Shown: positions 9,343 through 19,308, numbered from the stretch's first letter. The stretch is 64,000 bases of DNA from Candidatus Omnitrophota bacterium (GCA_029560465.1 JAKQKX010000045.1:280260-344259), one strand, 5' to 3'. Notes: a model not told the origin generated them from the letters alone. Translations and numbers: made by a program.

Positions 9343-9906
9343 TTATTCTTCCTTTTCCGGCAGCTTTTCCAGCTTCTTTTTCAAACGGCCTCTTTCCCGC
9401 CAGGACGCGTAATCAAGAATCAGCTTCCCGTTCAAATGGTCATTTTCGTGCATAAACACCCTGGCCATGAGGTCAAACAAATCCTGCTCCACCTCTTGAT
9501 TATTCTCATCCTTATAACGAACCCGGATTTCCTTGGGTCTCTTCACGTTAACCGTGACGCCCGGCACGGAAAGGCACCCCTCCTCCTGCCATTCTGATCC
9601 GGCGCGCTTGATGATCCGGGGATTGATCACCACCACCGGCCCCAGGCCGATATCCACCACAAAAATCTGCTGATTGATCCCCACCTGAGGGGCCGCCAGG
9701 CCAACGCCTTTTTCTTGATGCATTTTCTCAATCATCGCTTCGATGAGAACCCTCTCTGAAGGGCCGATCTCGCCGATCGGCTCTGATTTCTGGCGCAGGC
9801 ACACATTCCCGCAATAGCGCATCTTCAGCAACGGCTTCACGTCAAACACTTTCGTCCTCCCTCCCGGGGTAACGGTCCGGTTAACTGCGGATATGGTTCC
9901 GCTCAT
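9343..9906 (-). CDS. def: peptide deformylase
   Basis: Motifs GVGLAAPQ, EGCLSVPG and HENDHLNG. The N-terminal extent is uncertain; an alternative start is 9822. Confidence 0.85.
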   Translation of the reverse strand: MSGTISAVNRTVTPGGRTKVFDVKPLLKMRYCGNVCLRQKSEPIGEIGPSERVLIEAMIEKMHQEKGVGLAAPQVGINQQIFVVDIGLGPVVVINPRIIKRAGSEWQEEGCLSVPGVTVNVKRPKEIRVRYKDENNQEVEQDLFDLMARVFMHENDHLNGKLILDYASWRERGRLKKKLEKLPEKEE

Positions 9907-10231
9907 CCAGGTAAATCACTTTAGTCTTGTAATTTCTGGCATCCTTAGCTTCCATCAACGCGTAGCTTAAGATAATCACTTTATCTCCAACATACCCTTT
10001 TCTCGCAGACGGGCCGTTGAGGCAAATCTGCCCGGACCCGGACTGCCCGGCAATCGCATACGTCTCCAGCCGTTCTCCATTATTCAGGTTCAAGACTTCA
10101 ACCTTTTCCCCGGGGAGGATATCCACCGCTTTTAACAAATCCTCATCCACGGTAATGCTCCCCTCATAATAAAGTTCCGATTCGGTAATCCGGGCATGCG
10201 CTATTTTTGATTTACAAAACGTAATCAGCAT
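9881..10231 (-). CDS. panD: aspartate 1-decarboxylase PanD
   Basis: MLITFCKSKIAHARITESELYYEGSIT, the pyruvoyl-dependent PanD signature including the Gly-Ser cleavage site. Confidence 0.9.
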   Translation of the reverse strand: MLITFCKSKIAHARITESELYYEGSITVDEDLLKAVDILPGEKVEVLNLNNGERLETYAIAGQSGSGQICLNGPSARKGYVGDKVIILSYALMEAKDARNYKTKVIYLDERNHIRS

Positions 10232-10284
10232 TCCAGCCTCTCCTTCATATCTTCTCCTGTCCCAATCCTAACGGAATTCAAACA

Positions 10285-10605
10285 TTAAAGATCCGCTTCA
10301 ATTTTATTCACGATCTGGGCTTTCCCCATCGCCCCGACCATCTGCTTCACAACGTCCCCATTTTTAAAAAGCAGCAGCGTGGGGATGGACATGATTCCAA
10401 ACTGCCCGGCCAGCTCCGGGGATTCATCCACGTTGACTTTAACCACCTTCAGTTTCCCGGCCAATTCATCGGCCACGTCCTCCAAGACAGGGGCGATCAT
10501 CTTGCAGGGGCCGCACCACTCCGCCCAGAAATCCACGAGGACAGGGATTGCCGATTTCACAACTTCCAATTCAAAATTGCCAGCCGTCACTTTTCCTACG
10601 GACAT
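10285..10605 (-). CDS. trxA: thioredoxin
   Basis: WCGPC active site, 106 aa, SD GGAGGAGAGG. Confidence 0.9.
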   Translation of the reverse strand: MSVGKVTAGNFELEVVKSAIPVLVDFWAEWCGPCKMIAPVLEDVADELAGKLKVVKVNVDESPELAGQFGIMSIPTLLLFKNGDVVKQMVGAMGKAQIVNKIEADL

Positions 10606-10730
10606 AACCTCTCCTCCTTCATATTTTTCATAACTATTAGTTTAGAAAACGATTTACGATTTAGAAGAATATTATATGTATAGAGATTATAAGGTTCAAG
10701 GACTATTTCGTCCCCCTCAAAAGCCCGCCC

Positions 10731-10792
10731 CGAAAAAAACAACAACCTTTTCCATTCCCCAGGGGCAAGCTGCTGGCGCTGAAAAAGGTTGT
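10731..10792 (-). terminator. putative rho-independent terminator ending the TCS-rSAM transcription unit
   Basis: 10-bp stem ACAACCTTTT / AAAAGGTTGT (10742-10751 / 10783-10792) around a structured 31-nt loop. On the minus strand it is followed by TGTTTTTTTCGG. Confidence 0.4.
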
Positions 10793-10801
10793 CTCTAGAA
10801 A

Positions 10802-11050
10802 TTATACTTTCTCGCTGACGGAAACCATGGGGGGCTCTAGCTCTTCCCGGGAAGGCACATTGTGCGCAGGTTCAGCGGGCGGAGCAGGCTTCCGGCAACA
10901 CACATCAACGGCATTCTGGGGCGTTTTGAAACGCCGTCCCCATCGATATCCCCATTTATAAAGATGCCACGCCACAATGGCGATTAGGGTCATCCCCATA
11001 ATGATGACTGTCGCGAGGTACAAAACACATTGTATGGCAAAACGCTTCAT
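10802..11050 (-). CDS. small single-pass membrane protein with Cys-Cys / Pro-rich tail
   Basis: 82 aa. ATG lies 14 nt after the radical-SAM stop. One TM helix (VLYLATVIIMGMTLIAIVAWHLY) is followed by DVCCRKPAPPAEPAHNVPSREELEPP. Confidence 0.5.
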   Translation of the reverse strand: MKRFAIQCVLYLATVIIMGMTLIAIVAWHLYKWGYRWGRRFKTPQNAVDVCCRKPAPPAEPAHNVPSREELEPPMVSVSEKV

Positions 11051-11064
11051 GGGCCTCGGGTCCG

Positions 11065-12612
11065 TTAATTAATGGTCAAATCGCTTTTGTAAAAAAGTTC
11101 GTGACGCAGGTACCGGACCAGCGCCAAATCCGGCGCAAAACAGTACATTTTATTTCTCAGTTTTTGCGCGTAATAATAACTCACCGGTCTGGCCAGGGCC
11201 TGGGCCACCGCCCGGAGCTTCCGATTGCTTAAGCTGCCCATCACGTTCATCAAAGCGTTCGACAAAATGCTCATATAAGAGATATTCCCCAAATAAATAC
11301 GTTCCCGTTTCGTCATCCAGGGACTCCTCCGTCCTTCCCAGTCATAATCATCAAATATCCAATCCGCCCACGCTTCCAGGGAGTCCGGGGGGTGAAGACC
11401 GTGTTCCAAAGCCAGGCGATAATCCGGGGTCCCCGGCAAAGGCGTGTAAATAGCGATGGTTTCCATTTGGGCGGCCGGGTTTTCGGCTTTCAGCCGGAAG
11501 CCCAGATCAATGGTCTGGTGAATATCTTCAAACGTTTCCGTGGGATACCCCATCATCAGGCTGAAGGCCGGGATAATCCCGTGCTTCTTGCAGCGCTGGT
11601 TGGCCTGAAGCGTCTGCTCGATCGTGATCCCCTTGTTCATCAAATTCAGGATGCGCTGCGAGCCTGACTCGGCGCCGAATTTTAACGTATAAGCGCCGGC
11701 GCGCTTCAAGACCTCGATATCATAATCCGACGCTTTCATAAAGACATCGGCGCGGGTTCCCGACGTGTAAAAAGAAATATTCAAATTGCGCGCGACCATC
11801 CCTTCACAAATCGTCGTGGCCCGTTTCCGGTCAATATAAAACTCGTCATCCCTCAACCATATCCCGTTAAGCCGGAAGCGGCGAACGTTCTCGGTGATCA
11901 TCTCCAGGCTTTTTTCCACGGACATCGCCCGCCATTTGCGCTGCCGGATCTCTGAACTGCTGCAGAACCCGCAATTAAAAGGGCACCCCCGGCTTGTCTG
12001 CCCGATGTCCAGCACCCGCAGGCTGTTCTGCAGATACATATCCTTGTGGATATATTTTCCCACATCCACGAGTTCCCACGGTGTCGGGAGCAGGGTTTCA
12101 ACATCCAGAAGGGGCCGCGGAGGCGTCTTAATCGCGGACCGGCCGTCGGAATAAAGCAACCCCTTCACCTGCTTTAAGCTCTGTTTGCGATCCAGGGCCT
12201 GGACTGTTTCCACGAACGTTTGGTCCCCCTCCCCCACGATCACGATATCGACATTCTCGTTCTCCAAGGTCTGTTCCGGCATCACCGACGGATGGCACCC
12301 CCCCCATATAATAGGGACCTTGCCGTCCGTCAATTCCCTGACCATGCGGGCCAGATGCAACGCGTGGCGCACCTGGGTCCCGGTCATAGATGATATCCCG
12401 ACACAGATCAAATCAGAAGACACATAACACTTGAGATCATCCATGGTCAGCGGCCTGGTGCGCTGGTCCAGCAGGGTTACAGCGTACCCTGCCTTCAAGA
12501 TCGGGGCGGCCACCGCCAGAAGAGCGTGGGGGGGAGCGATGGTTGAACCGAAATCCATCCCCGTCTTCGGATATAGCAGCAAGACCTGCGGTTTAGAAAC
12601 ATTTTTGATCAT
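11065..12612 (-). CDS. B12-binding domain radical SAM protein (class B)
   Basis: N-terminal cobalamin-binding Rossmann-like domain (VLLLYPKTG...IIWGGCHPS), then the [10 protein letters not shown] CxxxCxxC radical-SAM motif. Substrate unknown. Confidence 0.8.
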   Translation of the reverse strand: MIKNVSKPQVLLLYPKTGMDFGSTIAPPHALLAVAAPILKAGYAVTLLDQRTRPLTMDDLKCYVSSDLICVGISSMTGTQVRHALHLARMVRELTDGKVPIIWGGCHPSVMPEQTLENENVDIVIVGEGDQTFVETVQALDRKQSLKQVKGLLYSDGRSAIKTPPRPLLDVETLLPTPWELVDVGKYIHKDMYLQNSLRVLDIGQTSRGCPFNCGFCSSSEIRQRKWRAMSVEKSLEMITENVRRFRLNGIWLRDDEFYIDRKRATTICEGMVARNLNISFYTSGTRADVFMKASDYDIEVLKRAGAYTLKFGAESGSQRILNLMNKGITIEQTLQANQRCKKHGIIPAFSLMMGYPTETFEDIHQTIDLGFRLKAENPAAQMETIAIYTPLPGTPDYRLALEHGLHPPDSLEAWADWIFDDYDWEGRRSPWMTKRERIYLGNISYMSILSNALMNVMGSLSNRKLRAVAQALARPVSYYYAQKLRNKMYCFAPDLALVRYLRHELFYKSDLTIN

Positions 12613-12632
12613 TCGGACCTTATGGCAAACAC

Positions 12633-12663
12633 ATAATAAAAAAACTCTGACGGGTCATCAGAG
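12633..12663 (-). terminator. hairpin plus T-tract (terminator or attenuator) 21 nt upstream of the radical-SAM start
   Basis: Stem CTCTGA / TCAGAG (12645-50 / 12658-63). On the minus strand it is followed by TTTTTTTATTAT. Confidence 0.4.
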
Positions 12664-12827
12664 CAGGTTGTCTTTATTTCAAGATATCATTGCCGGCAGC
12701 TCAAGACACATGCGGGTATTTTTCATTTCGACCCAAGGCGTGTTTTAAAAGTATCACCTAAACGCCAAATATTATATTAACCAACGCGCTGATGCGCAAT
12801 AAAAATAATCAGATCTTCACAATATCT

Positions 12828-13604
12828 TCACAAATTCCTGGCATCCGTGAGTTTGCGGCTCACGCCGGCCGGAGCCCCCTCCCCTTTCTTTAGATGGGCC
12901 AACACCCGGGCAGAGGAAAACAGCCCGGCAAGAAGGACAAAGCAGATGCTGTATATGACAAAAATCACGCTGGAGCGGACCGTGTGGTCTTTGCTCAAAC
13001 GTGAAAATTTATAAAAAATATAGACCCATACGGAAAAATATGACACCACGGCCGCTGGAAGAATCAACAACAGGGTTCCGGAAATCATATCCTGGAATTG
13101 AACGGGAACCGCCCGGATTTTAAACCAGTGGTGGGTAAAAAGAAGAGAAAACAGCAACATCGCGGCCCCGCAGGTGACAAACATCCCGGGCAAACAGACC
13201 CCTTCTTCTTTATACCACCCCGGCGGCCGCCGCGTGAGGTAATACCTGAAAGGGAGATAGGTGAGGACTGAGGACCAAAAAAGTATAACCGAAAGCGCGG
13301 AAAGAATATCAAACGGGTTGATCCCGGGTTGCTGATACTGCCGCCAGTTCAACAAGAACACAGCCGCGCCTATCAGCAGGCAAACCCCGTAAATCATCAG
13401 GACAACTTTGCCCCGCGACTTTTTACGCTGTTCATACAGGGTTTCTTCGTGGATATCAAAAATACCCTTCCGGTGAGTTGTTTCGAATCTGACGATCAGC
13501 GGATTCAAGACGAACAAATAAAAAAAGGTTGGGATAAACGAAAGGATCGCCGCCCAGAAACTGACAACGAAAAGCCCGACGCAAATATTAAAAATGACAA
13601 TCAC
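12828..13604 (-). CDS. hypothetical polytopic membrane protein
   Basis: 258 aa, 7-8 TM helices. GTG start with a GGGGAGG SD, 21 nt after the upstream response-regulator stop. No recognisable family. Confidence 0.55.
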   Translation of the reverse strand: MIVIFNICVGLFVVSFWAAILSFIPTFFYLFVLNPLIVRFETTHRKGIFDIHEETLYEQRKKSRGKVVLMIYGVCLLIGAAVFLLNWRQYQQPGINPFDILSALSVILFWSSVLTYLPFRYYLTRRPPGWYKEEGVCLPGMFVTCGAAMLLFSLLFTHHWFKIRAVPVQFQDMISGTLLLILPAAVVSYFSVWVYIFYKFSRLSKDHTVRSSVIFVIYSICFVLLAGLFSSARVLAHLKKGEGAPAGVSRKLTDARNL

Positions 13605-13624
13605 CGAGCCTCCCCGTTATCGTC

Positions 13625-14551
13625 TTAACCGCTTTTCAGCAGTTGAAGGGCACGCTTGAACATCGCGTACCCTTCATCGTTAATAATGAAACCCAACTCC
13701 TTCTGCCCGGCCGCGTTCACCCGTTCGCCGGTGCGGCCAATCACTTTATAAATAATGATCGGGATGTCCTTCAACCGCGGCGTCTGCTTAAGGCTCTCCG
13801 CCAGGTCTTCCGCGTTGATCTCCCCGAACGCATGCTTCAAGATCAGGAGGTCCGGGGTATGATTCATCAGGTTCTCCCGGCAGTCACTGGCCGTCACGAC
13901 CACATCCACTTCAAAGCCGCATTTGGAAAAAAGCGACTGCAGTTCCCGGAAAACAAGCGGGTCATTTTCCAGGATCAGGATATTTTTCCGATTCCGAAAA
14001 CTTTCCTGTCTTTTTTCTTTCGCCGCCTCCGCTTTCTTCATCATGGCTCCCGGGGAAGATTCTATTTCCATATCCGCGGTCCGCACGTTCACCATCTGGT
14101 CATCCACAATCGCCTCTACGGTATCATCCAAGACCGACCGCCGCGTCCTAGCCGGCGACGATGTGTCCTCTCCGTCGCCCCCAGCGCTTTGGGACAACGC
14201 AGCATTAATCTTTTCAAGCAACTCCTGCATAGTGAACGGTTTCTCCATAAAGGAATCCACCTGCAGGATCTCAAAATAATCCCGCATATTGGCCCGGGCG
14301 GTCAGAATAACAAAGGGGATATTTTTCCCAAAATCCGTTTTCTTAAGTTCCTTATAAAACTGGTTCCCGTCTTTTTTCGGCATGATCACATCGGACAGGA
14401 TGAGATCAGGCTGGATTTCCCGCGCTTTCGCGAATCCTTCCTCCCCGTCACACGCCTGGTGAACTTCATAACCAGCCATCTTCAACTGTTCGGCAACCAG
14501 CATCCGCAGGTCTTTTTCATCTTCAACAATCAAAATCTTTTTGGGCGGCAT
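13625..14551 (-). CDS. response regulator with two receiver domains and no output domain
   Basis: REC1 reads KILIVEDEKDLR...DLILSDVIMPKKDG. A second, degenerate REC (KNILILENDP...LLILK) follows. No DNA-binding domain. Confidence 0.8.
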   Translation of the reverse strand: MPPKKILIVEDEKDLRMLVAEQLKMAGYEVHQACDGEEGFAKAREIQPDLILSDVIMPKKDGNQFYKELKKTDFGKNIPFVILTARANMRDYFEILQVDSFMEKPFTMQELLEKINAALSQSAGGDGEDTSSPARTRRSVLDDTVEAIVDDQMVNVRTADMEIESSPGAMMKKAEAAKEKRQESFRNRKNILILENDPLVFRELQSLFSKCGFEVDVVVTASDCRENLMNHTPDLLILKHAFGEINAEDLAESLKQTPRLKDIPIIIYKVIGRTGERVNAAGQKELGFIINDEGYAMFKRALQLLKSG

Positions 14552-14561
14552 CGATTCTCCC

Positions 14562-15038
14562 TTATCTCGAACGGATCGCTTGCGCGATCGCGTCTACCAG
14601 TGTTTTAAAATCAAACGGCTTGGTTAAAAACCCCTGCACCCCGAAAGCCTTGGCAATTTCCTCGATATTATATTCGGAAATAATGACCTTCTCATTATAA
14701 TCCTGGGGCAAATCCGGATCAACCTGCGCATTCCATTTAGTCTGCTCACTATGCTGAAACAACGTCAATTCCCCCAACCCGCTCATCAGGATAATCGGGG
14801 TGTTTTTGGTTTCAGGGTTATTGCGGATATCCTTGATCAACCGGTCTCCCTTGATCTGCGGCATCACCAAGTCGGAAAGGACAAGATCAGGGTGCAGGGT
14901 AAAAACCAGTTCCCGGCCCGTAATCCCGTCATACGCCAAATGCACTTCGTATCCTTGCGACTGTTCCAGAATATCTTTAACGAGTCTTGCTAAATCTTTT
15001 TCATCATCAATCACAACGATCACTTTTTTATCCGCCAT
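14562..15038 (-). CDS. CheY-like single-domain response regulator
   Basis: KVIVVIDDEKDLARL...DLVLSDLVMPQIKG...PIILMSG. Confidence 0.85.
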   Translation of the reverse strand: MADKKVIVVIDDEKDLARLVKDILEQSQGYEVHLAYDGITGRELVFTLHPDLVLSDLVMPQIKGDRLIKDIRNNPETKNTPIILMSGLGELTLFQHSEQTKWNAQVDPDLPQDYNEKVIISEYNIEEIAKAFGVQGFLTKPFDFKTLVDAIAQAIRSR

Positions 15039-18000
15039 GGTCTTCCCCCTTTTCGGCTAACCTTGTCTTTAACGGAAGCCTCACCGTTACCGTCGTCCCT
15101 TCCCCTTCCTCGCTTTCCGCCTCAATGCTCCCTTCGTGCCGTTCAACAATCTTATAAACCAGACTTAATCCCAGCCCCGTTCCTTCCCCCTGGTCTTTGG
15201 TCGTGTAAAACGGCTCAAAAATCCTTTTCAGCACCTGCGGAGGCATCCCACAGCCGGTATCAATCACTTTCATTTCCACGACCTGGCGCCCGGTCTTCCC
15301 ATCGGTCACCACGTCTGTTTCCAGCGTAATCCCTCCGTCATCGGCAATAGCATCAATGGCATTGCTCAAAATATTCAGGACCACCTGGGTGATCAGGACC
15401 GGGTCCCCCTCCATGATGACCGGGCCGTCCTGCAGGAACCGGGTGATGTACTGGATATTTTTCATGATCGACTTCTTCTTGGCAAAATCCAGGGCCTTCT
15501 GGATGACATCAATAAAATCAAAAGGCATAATTTTCATCTCTGCCTGGCGGGAAAAGGATAAAAGGTCCCCCACAACCTTGTTCGCCCGGTGCACAGCGTC
15601 TTTCACTATTTTAAGCCGCTCTTTTAACTCCGGCTTCATATCCGGCTGAATCATCTCAAACGATTCGATGCTCAGCGTGATGATCGCCAGGGGGTTTTTG
15701 ATTTCATGCGCGACACCGGCGGACAGCTGCCCGACAGCCGACATTTTTTCCGACTGTAAAAGCTGCTCCTGCGTCTGGCGGAGCTCCTGGTTCACCTTGG
15801 CCAGGTCATTGAATAAATGCTTTTTCAGCTCATCCTCTTTTTTCCGGTCAGAAATATCGGTCGAAATGCCCAACACGCCGATGACCTCGTCTTTATGGTT
15901 GAGCAGCGGGACCTTGCTGGACAGCAGGAAAACCGACTGGCCGTTATGAATGCGTTTGGTTTCTTCAAAATCAATGATCGCTTTCTTCTGCAAGATGACT
16001 TTCTGGTCGGTTTCCCGGGAGTACGTCACCTCCTCCGGTGCCCACGGGAGGTCGGCATCCGTCTTGCCGATGATGTGTTCCGGGTAGGCCAACCCGGCTT
16101 TCTGCGCAAAAGTAATATTGCACCCGAAATATTTCCCGGTGACATCTTTCCAATAAACATCACAGGGGATCCGCGCGAGCAGGTTGGCAAAGAGGTCTTT
16201 TTGGCTCTTCAGCTGGCTCTCCATCTGCCGCCGGGCCGTGACATCAACGGCATATTGAATGACATAAGCGACCTCCCCCTTGGGGTCCAATATCGGGCTG
16301 CCCACCACTTCAAAAATCTTCATGGTCCCGTCCGGAGCGCGATGCACCTGCTCGGCCGTAAAAACTTTCTTCGAGGCCCGGACGATTTCCTCAAGGCATG
16401 GTTCGCCGGCTTCGGAGGATGGGAAATCCCCTTGGAGCATGGCTTGGCAAAACTCGTTTTCCTTATACCCCTCGGCCGCCTTATTGGACAACAGGACCCT
16501 GCGGGTCTTCACATCAAGCACACACAAAGGATAATGAAAAGAATTAATAATGGACGTCAAAAATGTGTTTTGATTCTTAATCTCCTGCTCGGCATCAATC
16601 CAATTCGTCACATCATCATAAATGGAAACGATTTCAGTCTCGGACAATTTATACACCTGGTTACGCACCCATAGGCGCAACCGCGTATCTTCATACTGCG
16701 CCAACAAGACTTCCGGAACCCCGGTCCGGTGAACCCGCTGGAAGACCTCAAAAAGGCCCATGGACTCAACCCCGGGGAAAACGTCTTTGACGCTCTTATT
16801 AAGGATATCCGCCTGTGTCCCTCCGGTAATAATTTCCGCCGCGTGATTATATTCCTGAAAAACAAAATCCTCCCCCCCGTTGACCACTTTATAAACCGCC
16901 ATGGCAGACGGCATGTTCTCATACAGCTCCCGGTATTTCTTCTCGCTTCGGCTCAACCGCCGGTTCAAAATGGCCATCTTCACAACGGCCAGGATGACGA
17001 AAAGGATAAGGATCCCCAACGCCATCAGCCAAAGGCCATACTGGTAAAATAATTTATCCAGCGTGACCCTCCCGTACTCCGCGTAAATCCCTACCCGGAA
17101 TTGGCGCATCAAAGCGTGCACCGACTCGTAGCTTAACGGCGTGATCCAGGACCCGTATTCGCCCCGGACCGCGGCATAGTCGTCTCTCTCCATGCCCAGC
17201 AACGCCACCACGACTTCTTTTGCGATCCTTTCATCCGTGTGCCTCAATTTGGCCAACGGCCAAGCTGGGTACAAACGGGTGAACGGCTTGATTTCGTGCC
17301 CGGCCGCGTATTTTCTTTGAAACTCCCTATGGAACTCCGCATGCGAGATAAACCGGTCACCAACCAGGACTGAAAAACGGTCCAGATCGACCTTCCCTTC
17401 CGCCGTCATGCCTTCAAGAACCCCTGCCTTGGCCATCCCGGCGTCGGCCCTGCCGGCCAGCACCGCCATCACCACCTCGTCTTCGATTTTCCCAAAATCA
17501 ACTTTAGAAAAAAACCGGAACGGGTCAATGCGCCGGCGGATCAATTCCTCGTACCCGGCCAGCCACCCGCCCAAAGACAAGGGATCAACAGCCATTAAAG
17601 ACTTGCCTCTTAAATCGGCAAGCGTTTTGATATCCTTCCGGCCGGACCGAATGAACATCACCCCCCCGTAAGCGACGCGCAAATCAGAAGGCGAAAGCCC
17701 GGCAAGCGTCGCGATGCGCCGGGCGCCGCAAAGGACCTCCATGTCCACGTACAACATTGGATTTGCCAAGAGGAAATCAACCTGCTGCGCGCGCACAGCC
17801 GAATGGACTTCCTGAAAATCCAAAGGGACGATTTCAAAAGATGCATAAGGGATCTTGTGGGTTAAATAATCCGCGGTCGCGTTGAATTGCCGGTAACATT
17901 GCGACTTGCCCCGGATGGCAAGGATTCCAATCTTATAGTGTTGAACGGATTCTTGTCCGGCGGCCCAATTATAAAAAACCAGGCCCAAAGCCGCCATCAG

Positions 18001-18054
18001 GCCTGTCAGGACGCACAATATTTTTAAAGGACGCCGGCTCATCTCTTGATCCAA
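15028..18054 (-). CDS. sensor histidine kinase with periplasmic PhnD/SsuA-like solute-binding domain and PAS domains
   Basis: 1008 aa. Signal/TM segment, then a PBP-like periplasmic domain, a TM segment and PAS repeats. H-box SAGVAHEIKNPL and HATPase G-box GTGLGLS. No receiver domain. Confidence 0.85.
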   Translation of the reverse strand: MDQEMSRRPLKILCVLTGLMAALGLVFYNWAAGQESVQHYKIGILAIRGKSQCYRQFNATADYLTHKIPYASFEIVPLDFQEVHSAVRAQQVDFLLANPMLYVDMEVLCGARRIATLAGLSPSDLRVAYGGVMFIRSGRKDIKTLADLRGKSLMAVDPLSLGGWLAGYEELIRRRIDPFRFFSKVDFGKIEDEVVMAVLAGRADAGMAKAGVLEGMTAEGKVDLDRFSVLVGDRFISHAEFHREFQRKYAAGHEIKPFTRLYPAWPLAKLRHTDERIAKEVVVALLGMERDDYAAVRGEYGSWITPLSYESVHALMRQFRVGIYAEYGRVTLDKLFYQYGLWLMALGILILFVILAVVKMAILNRRLSRSEKKYRELYENMPSAMAVYKVVNGGEDFVFQEYNHAAEIITGGTQADILNKSVKDVFPGVESMGLFEVFQRVHRTGVPEVLLAQYEDTRLRLWVRNQVYKLSETEIVSIYDDVTNWIDAEQEIKNQNTFLTSIINSFHYPLCVLDVKTRRVLLSNKAAEGYKENEFCQAMLQGDFPSSEAGEPCLEEIVRASKKVFTAEQVHRAPDGTMKIFEVVGSPILDPKGEVAYVIQYAVDVTARRQMESQLKSQKDLFANLLARIPCDVYWKDVTGKYFGCNITFAQKAGLAYPEHIIGKTDADLPWAPEEVTYSRETDQKVILQKKAIIDFEETKRIHNGQSVFLLSSKVPLLNHKDEVIGVLGISTDISDRKKEDELKKHLFNDLAKVNQELRQTQEQLLQSEKMSAVGQLSAGVAHEIKNPLAIITLSIESFEMIQPDMKPELKERLKIVKDAVHRANKVVGDLLSFSRQAEMKIMPFDFIDVIQKALDFAKKKSIMKNIQYITRFLQDGPVIMEGDPVLITQVVLNILSNAIDAIADDGGITLETDVVTDGKTGRQVVEMKVIDTGCGMPPQVLKRIFEPFYTTKDQGEGTGLGLSLVYKIVERHEGSIEAESEEGEGTTVTVRLPLKTRLAEKGEDHGG

Positions 18055-19076
18055 TCCATTCCCGATGATTGTTCTTCCGACAGAGATAGGCCGCTGGCCT
18101 GCAACGCCGGTAAATTTAACATTTTATCAACTTTCTCAAGTCTTTTAACAGGAAGATTCTTCAGGGGAACTCCGTTGACAAGCTTCAGCGCCATAGCGCC
18201 GGCTTCCCTGCCGTGGGCGTACCCGGATTCCCCGGCCGCGCACAGCATCCCGTCTTCAACCGCGAAATTAAAAAACCCGACCACTGGGATATCCGCATGA
18301 TTCAAGGTCCACTGGATGATATCGCGCGGAGGAAGGCTTTCGTTCGTCCCGGGTAATTTAACCGTGTTGTAGAGATACACAAAAAGCGCGTCGGCGTAAA
18401 CATTATAATGTTTGACCCTCTTCTGCCAGGTTGGAAAATCATGAATAATATGATAACCCAGGATTTTAATCCCCTCCGGGGGGTTACGCGTCAGAAGCGC
18501 GTAAGCGCCCAGGGAGTCCAGGCTGTCATCGCTTAAGACCGCCACTGTCCTAATTTTCGGGTTTATCTCCTTTAACAGCGCGACCGCCTCTTCAAAATGA
18601 GGGCGCTCCACAAGGCCGGTCACGTTAACGGCCGGTAAGCCGTAATCTTCCAGATCCCCGTTGACACCGCAAAAAACAAAAAATGGGTTCTTCGGCCCAG
18701 CGTATTGTTGGGTCACATATCTTTGCGCGTCATCATCCGTGGCAATCACCGCGTCGGGTTTAAATTCCCGAATCTTCTCTTGGGCCTGACGGCCGACTTT
18801 AAGTTTCCATTCAATCGAAGAGTTCCGGAATGTGTCCATATAAAAACTTTCCAGAAGAACAGGGCTGTTTTTAAAAGCGTCGTGGACTCCTTGCGTAATA
18901 TCTTTCACCCAGGGGGAATCCTCATGCCCGCTGTGCACCAGCAATATCCGTTTAACATCCGTGGCCTGACCGCGCGCGGCGGGGAGGGAGAAAAGCAGTA
19001 CGAAGATCCCAAAACTCCACGGGAGGGTCAAAATAAAATTTCTTTGGAAAGCCTGAAAATTTTTCATGAAAAACAT
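18039..19076 (-). CDS. periplasmic substrate-binding protein (COG2984-type ABC/sensor-associated PBP)
   Basis: Start at MFFMKNFQ... (19076) gives a signal peptide. PBP type-1 fold motifs present (DDDAQRYV...). Overlaps the histidine-kinase start by 16 nt. Confidence 0.65.
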   Translation of the reverse strand: MFFMKNFQAFQRNFILTLPWSFGIFVLLFSLPAARGQATDVKRILLVHSGHEDSPWVKDITQGVHDAFKNSPVLLESFYMDTFRNSSIEWKLKVGRQAQEKIREFKPDAVIATDDDAQRYVTQQYAGPKNPFFVFCGVNGDLEDYGLPAVNVTGLVERPHFEEAVALLKEINPKIRTVAVLSDDSLDSLGAYALLTRNPPEGIKILGYHIIHDFPTWQKRVKHYNVYADALFVYLYNTVKLPGTNESLPPRDIIQWTLNHADIPVVGFFNFAVEDGMLCAAGESGYAHGREAGAMALKLVNGVPLKNLPVKRLEKVDKMLNLPALQASGLSLSEEQSSGMDWIKR

Positions 19077-19308
19077 CCGTGTCTTTCCCCGCGTCCCTCC
19101 AGGGCAGGCGAACGCCGGGCGAATCGGCGCGCCGATTCGCCCGCACAAAATTTTTATGAAACGGCCTCTCCTGAGAGTCATTACTCTTTATCTGCTAAGA
19201 ATTTAGATTATTTTTAGTATAACTTCGAAAGAAATGAAGCACAATAAGAATAGTATCTTTTTAGGCGGGCCGCCGCTGGGGACAAGAGGACCATGATCGG
19301 CCGCGGCA

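Noticed and set aside
13643-14608. 321-aa plus-strand ORF, plus many other long antisense ORFs (e.g. 15817..16674, 20658..21392, 23207..24394, 27703..28335, 30757..31560, 36156..36614, 46306..46707)
   Set aside because: All lie opposite well-supported minus-strand genes with conserved catalytic motifs. They are Arg/Pro-rich mirror frames typical of GC-rich antisense DNA, and none has an RBS or a family match.
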